DNA from: an uncultured Candidatus Rokubacteria bacterium
GTDB taxonomy: Bacteria > Methylomirabilota > Methylomirabilia > Rokubacteriales > DASRDR01
DNA: 20,458 nt
NCBI GenBank assembly: GCA_963805625.1
Contig: CAWDVE010000006.1
Span: forward strand, 1-20,458
Direction: 5' to 3'
This document shows positions 19,457-20,458 of this stretch, piece after piece (position 1 is the stretch's first letter; every line of letters begins with the position of its first letter). The notes under the pieces are model-generated. The model had not been told where the DNA came from, searched no databases, and saw nothing but the letters and a program-made list of their open reading frames with translations. The position numbers were made by a program, and so were the translations under genes.

Positions 19457-20458
19457 ATGAAAGCGATCACGGTCGAGCCTGGAAAGCCCGGGACGGCGCG
19501 CTTCGAAGACGTCCCCGAGCCCGACCCCCGCGAGGGCTCGGTCCTCGCGGAAGCCGTGGCCGTCGGCGTCTGCGGGACCGACGTCGAGATCGCGGAGGGC
19601 AAGTACGGCTGGGCTCCCCCGGGACACGCACGTCTCGTTCTCGGCCACGAGTCCCTGGGCCGGGTGCTGGACCCCGGTCCGAGCAGCGGGCTCAAGAAGG
19701 GCGATCTGGTCGTCGGCATCGTCCGCCGCCCGGACGCCGTCCCCTGCCCCAACTGCGCCGTGGGCGAGTGGGACATGTGCCGGAACGGCCAGTACACCGA
19801 GCGGGGGATCAAGGAGATCCACGGGTTCATGTCGGAGCGCTGGCGCGTCGAGCCCGAGTACGCGATCAAGGTGGATCCGTCCCTGGGACTCCTCGGCGTG
19901 CTCCTCGAGCCGACGACCGTGATCGCGAAGGCCCTGGAGCAGGTCGTCGCGGTCGGCCAGCGCGCCTTCTGGGAACCGAAGACGGTGCTCGTGACCGGCG
20001 CGGGGCCGATCGGTCTCCTGGCGGCCTGCGTCGTGAAACTGCATGGCAAGCAGTTCCAGCTCCACGTCCTCGATCGTGTCGAGACGGGGACGAAGCCGGA
20101 GCTCGTGCGCGCCCTCGGCGCGACGTACCACTCGGGGAGCGTCCTCGACGTCGGCTTCGAGCCGGACGTCATCGTCGAGTGCACGGGCGTCGGGTCGGTG
20201 ATCGCTGACTCGATCCAGAAGATCGGGGCAGGCGGGATCCTCTGCCTCACGGGAGTGGGCAGGGGCGGGCGGTCCGGCGACGTCGTGGCTGATGTCGCCG
20301 CGAAGGTGGTCTTGAAGAACAACGTGCTCGTGGGCAGCGTGAACGCGAACAAGCGCCACTGGTATAAGGCGTCCCAAGCACTGGCCGAGGCGGACCGGGC
20401 GTGGCTCGGCCGCCTGATCACGCGCCGCGAGAAGCCAGAGAACTTCCAGCAGGCCCTG
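19457..20458 (+). CDS. Zinc-dependent (MDR family) glucose 1-dehydrogenase-like protein, 3'-truncated by the window
   Basis: Not in the ORF track (no stop). Manual translation: MKAITVEPGKPG...GVCGTD...LGHESLG...GIVRRP..CPNC...DMCRNGQYTERGIKEIHGFM...VTGAGPIG...VGSVNA. Confidence 0.88.
   Translation, partial: MKAITVEPGKPGTARFEDVPEPDPREGSVLAEAVAVGVCGTDVEIAEGKYGWAPPGHARLVLGHESLGRVLDPGPSSGLKKGDLVVGIVRRPDAVPCPNCAVGEWDMCRNGQYTERGIKEIHGFMSERWRVEPEYAIKVDPSLGLLGVLLEPTTVIAKALEQVVAVGQRAFWEPKTVLVTGAGPIGLLAACVVKLHGKQFQLHVLDRVETGTKPELVRALGATYHSGSVLDVGFEPDVIVECTGVGSVIADSIQKIGAGGILCLTGVGRGGRSGDVVADVAAKVVLKNNVLVGSVNANKRHWYKASQALAEADRAWLGRLITRREKPENFQQAL

Overview
Very GC-rich bacterial DNA in two parts. (1) 116-4189: a DppA/DppB/DppC-type ABC importer (Tat-exported binding protein, no ATPase in the window) followed by a PPOX/split-barrel flavin-binding gene. 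(2) After a split tRNA-3'-end, att-like remnant at about 4320-4464, an accessory region is organised around a GAF-PAS-PAS sigma-54 activator (14325-16712). The activator is flanked by mirror-image regulatory cassettes, each with a tandem palindromic UAS and a -24/-12 promoter about 100 bp further out. The left cassette faces a long minus-strand gene run: an uncharacterised protein present as one intact and two relic copies, a cupin, a rhodanese, an AhpD/CMD protein, DUF2092, an Ala/Gln-repeat exported protein, two probable outer-membrane barrels, a polytopic membrane protein and an MFS/spermidine-synthase fusion. The right cassette faces a plus-strand run: ABM monooxygenase, CoA-disulfide reductase-rhodanese, a small membrane protein and a Zn-dependent glucose 1-dehydrogenase cut off by the window end. 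Several left-arm genes have single-base frameshifts (decay or sequencing error). All calls come from motif reading by eye; no searches were run.
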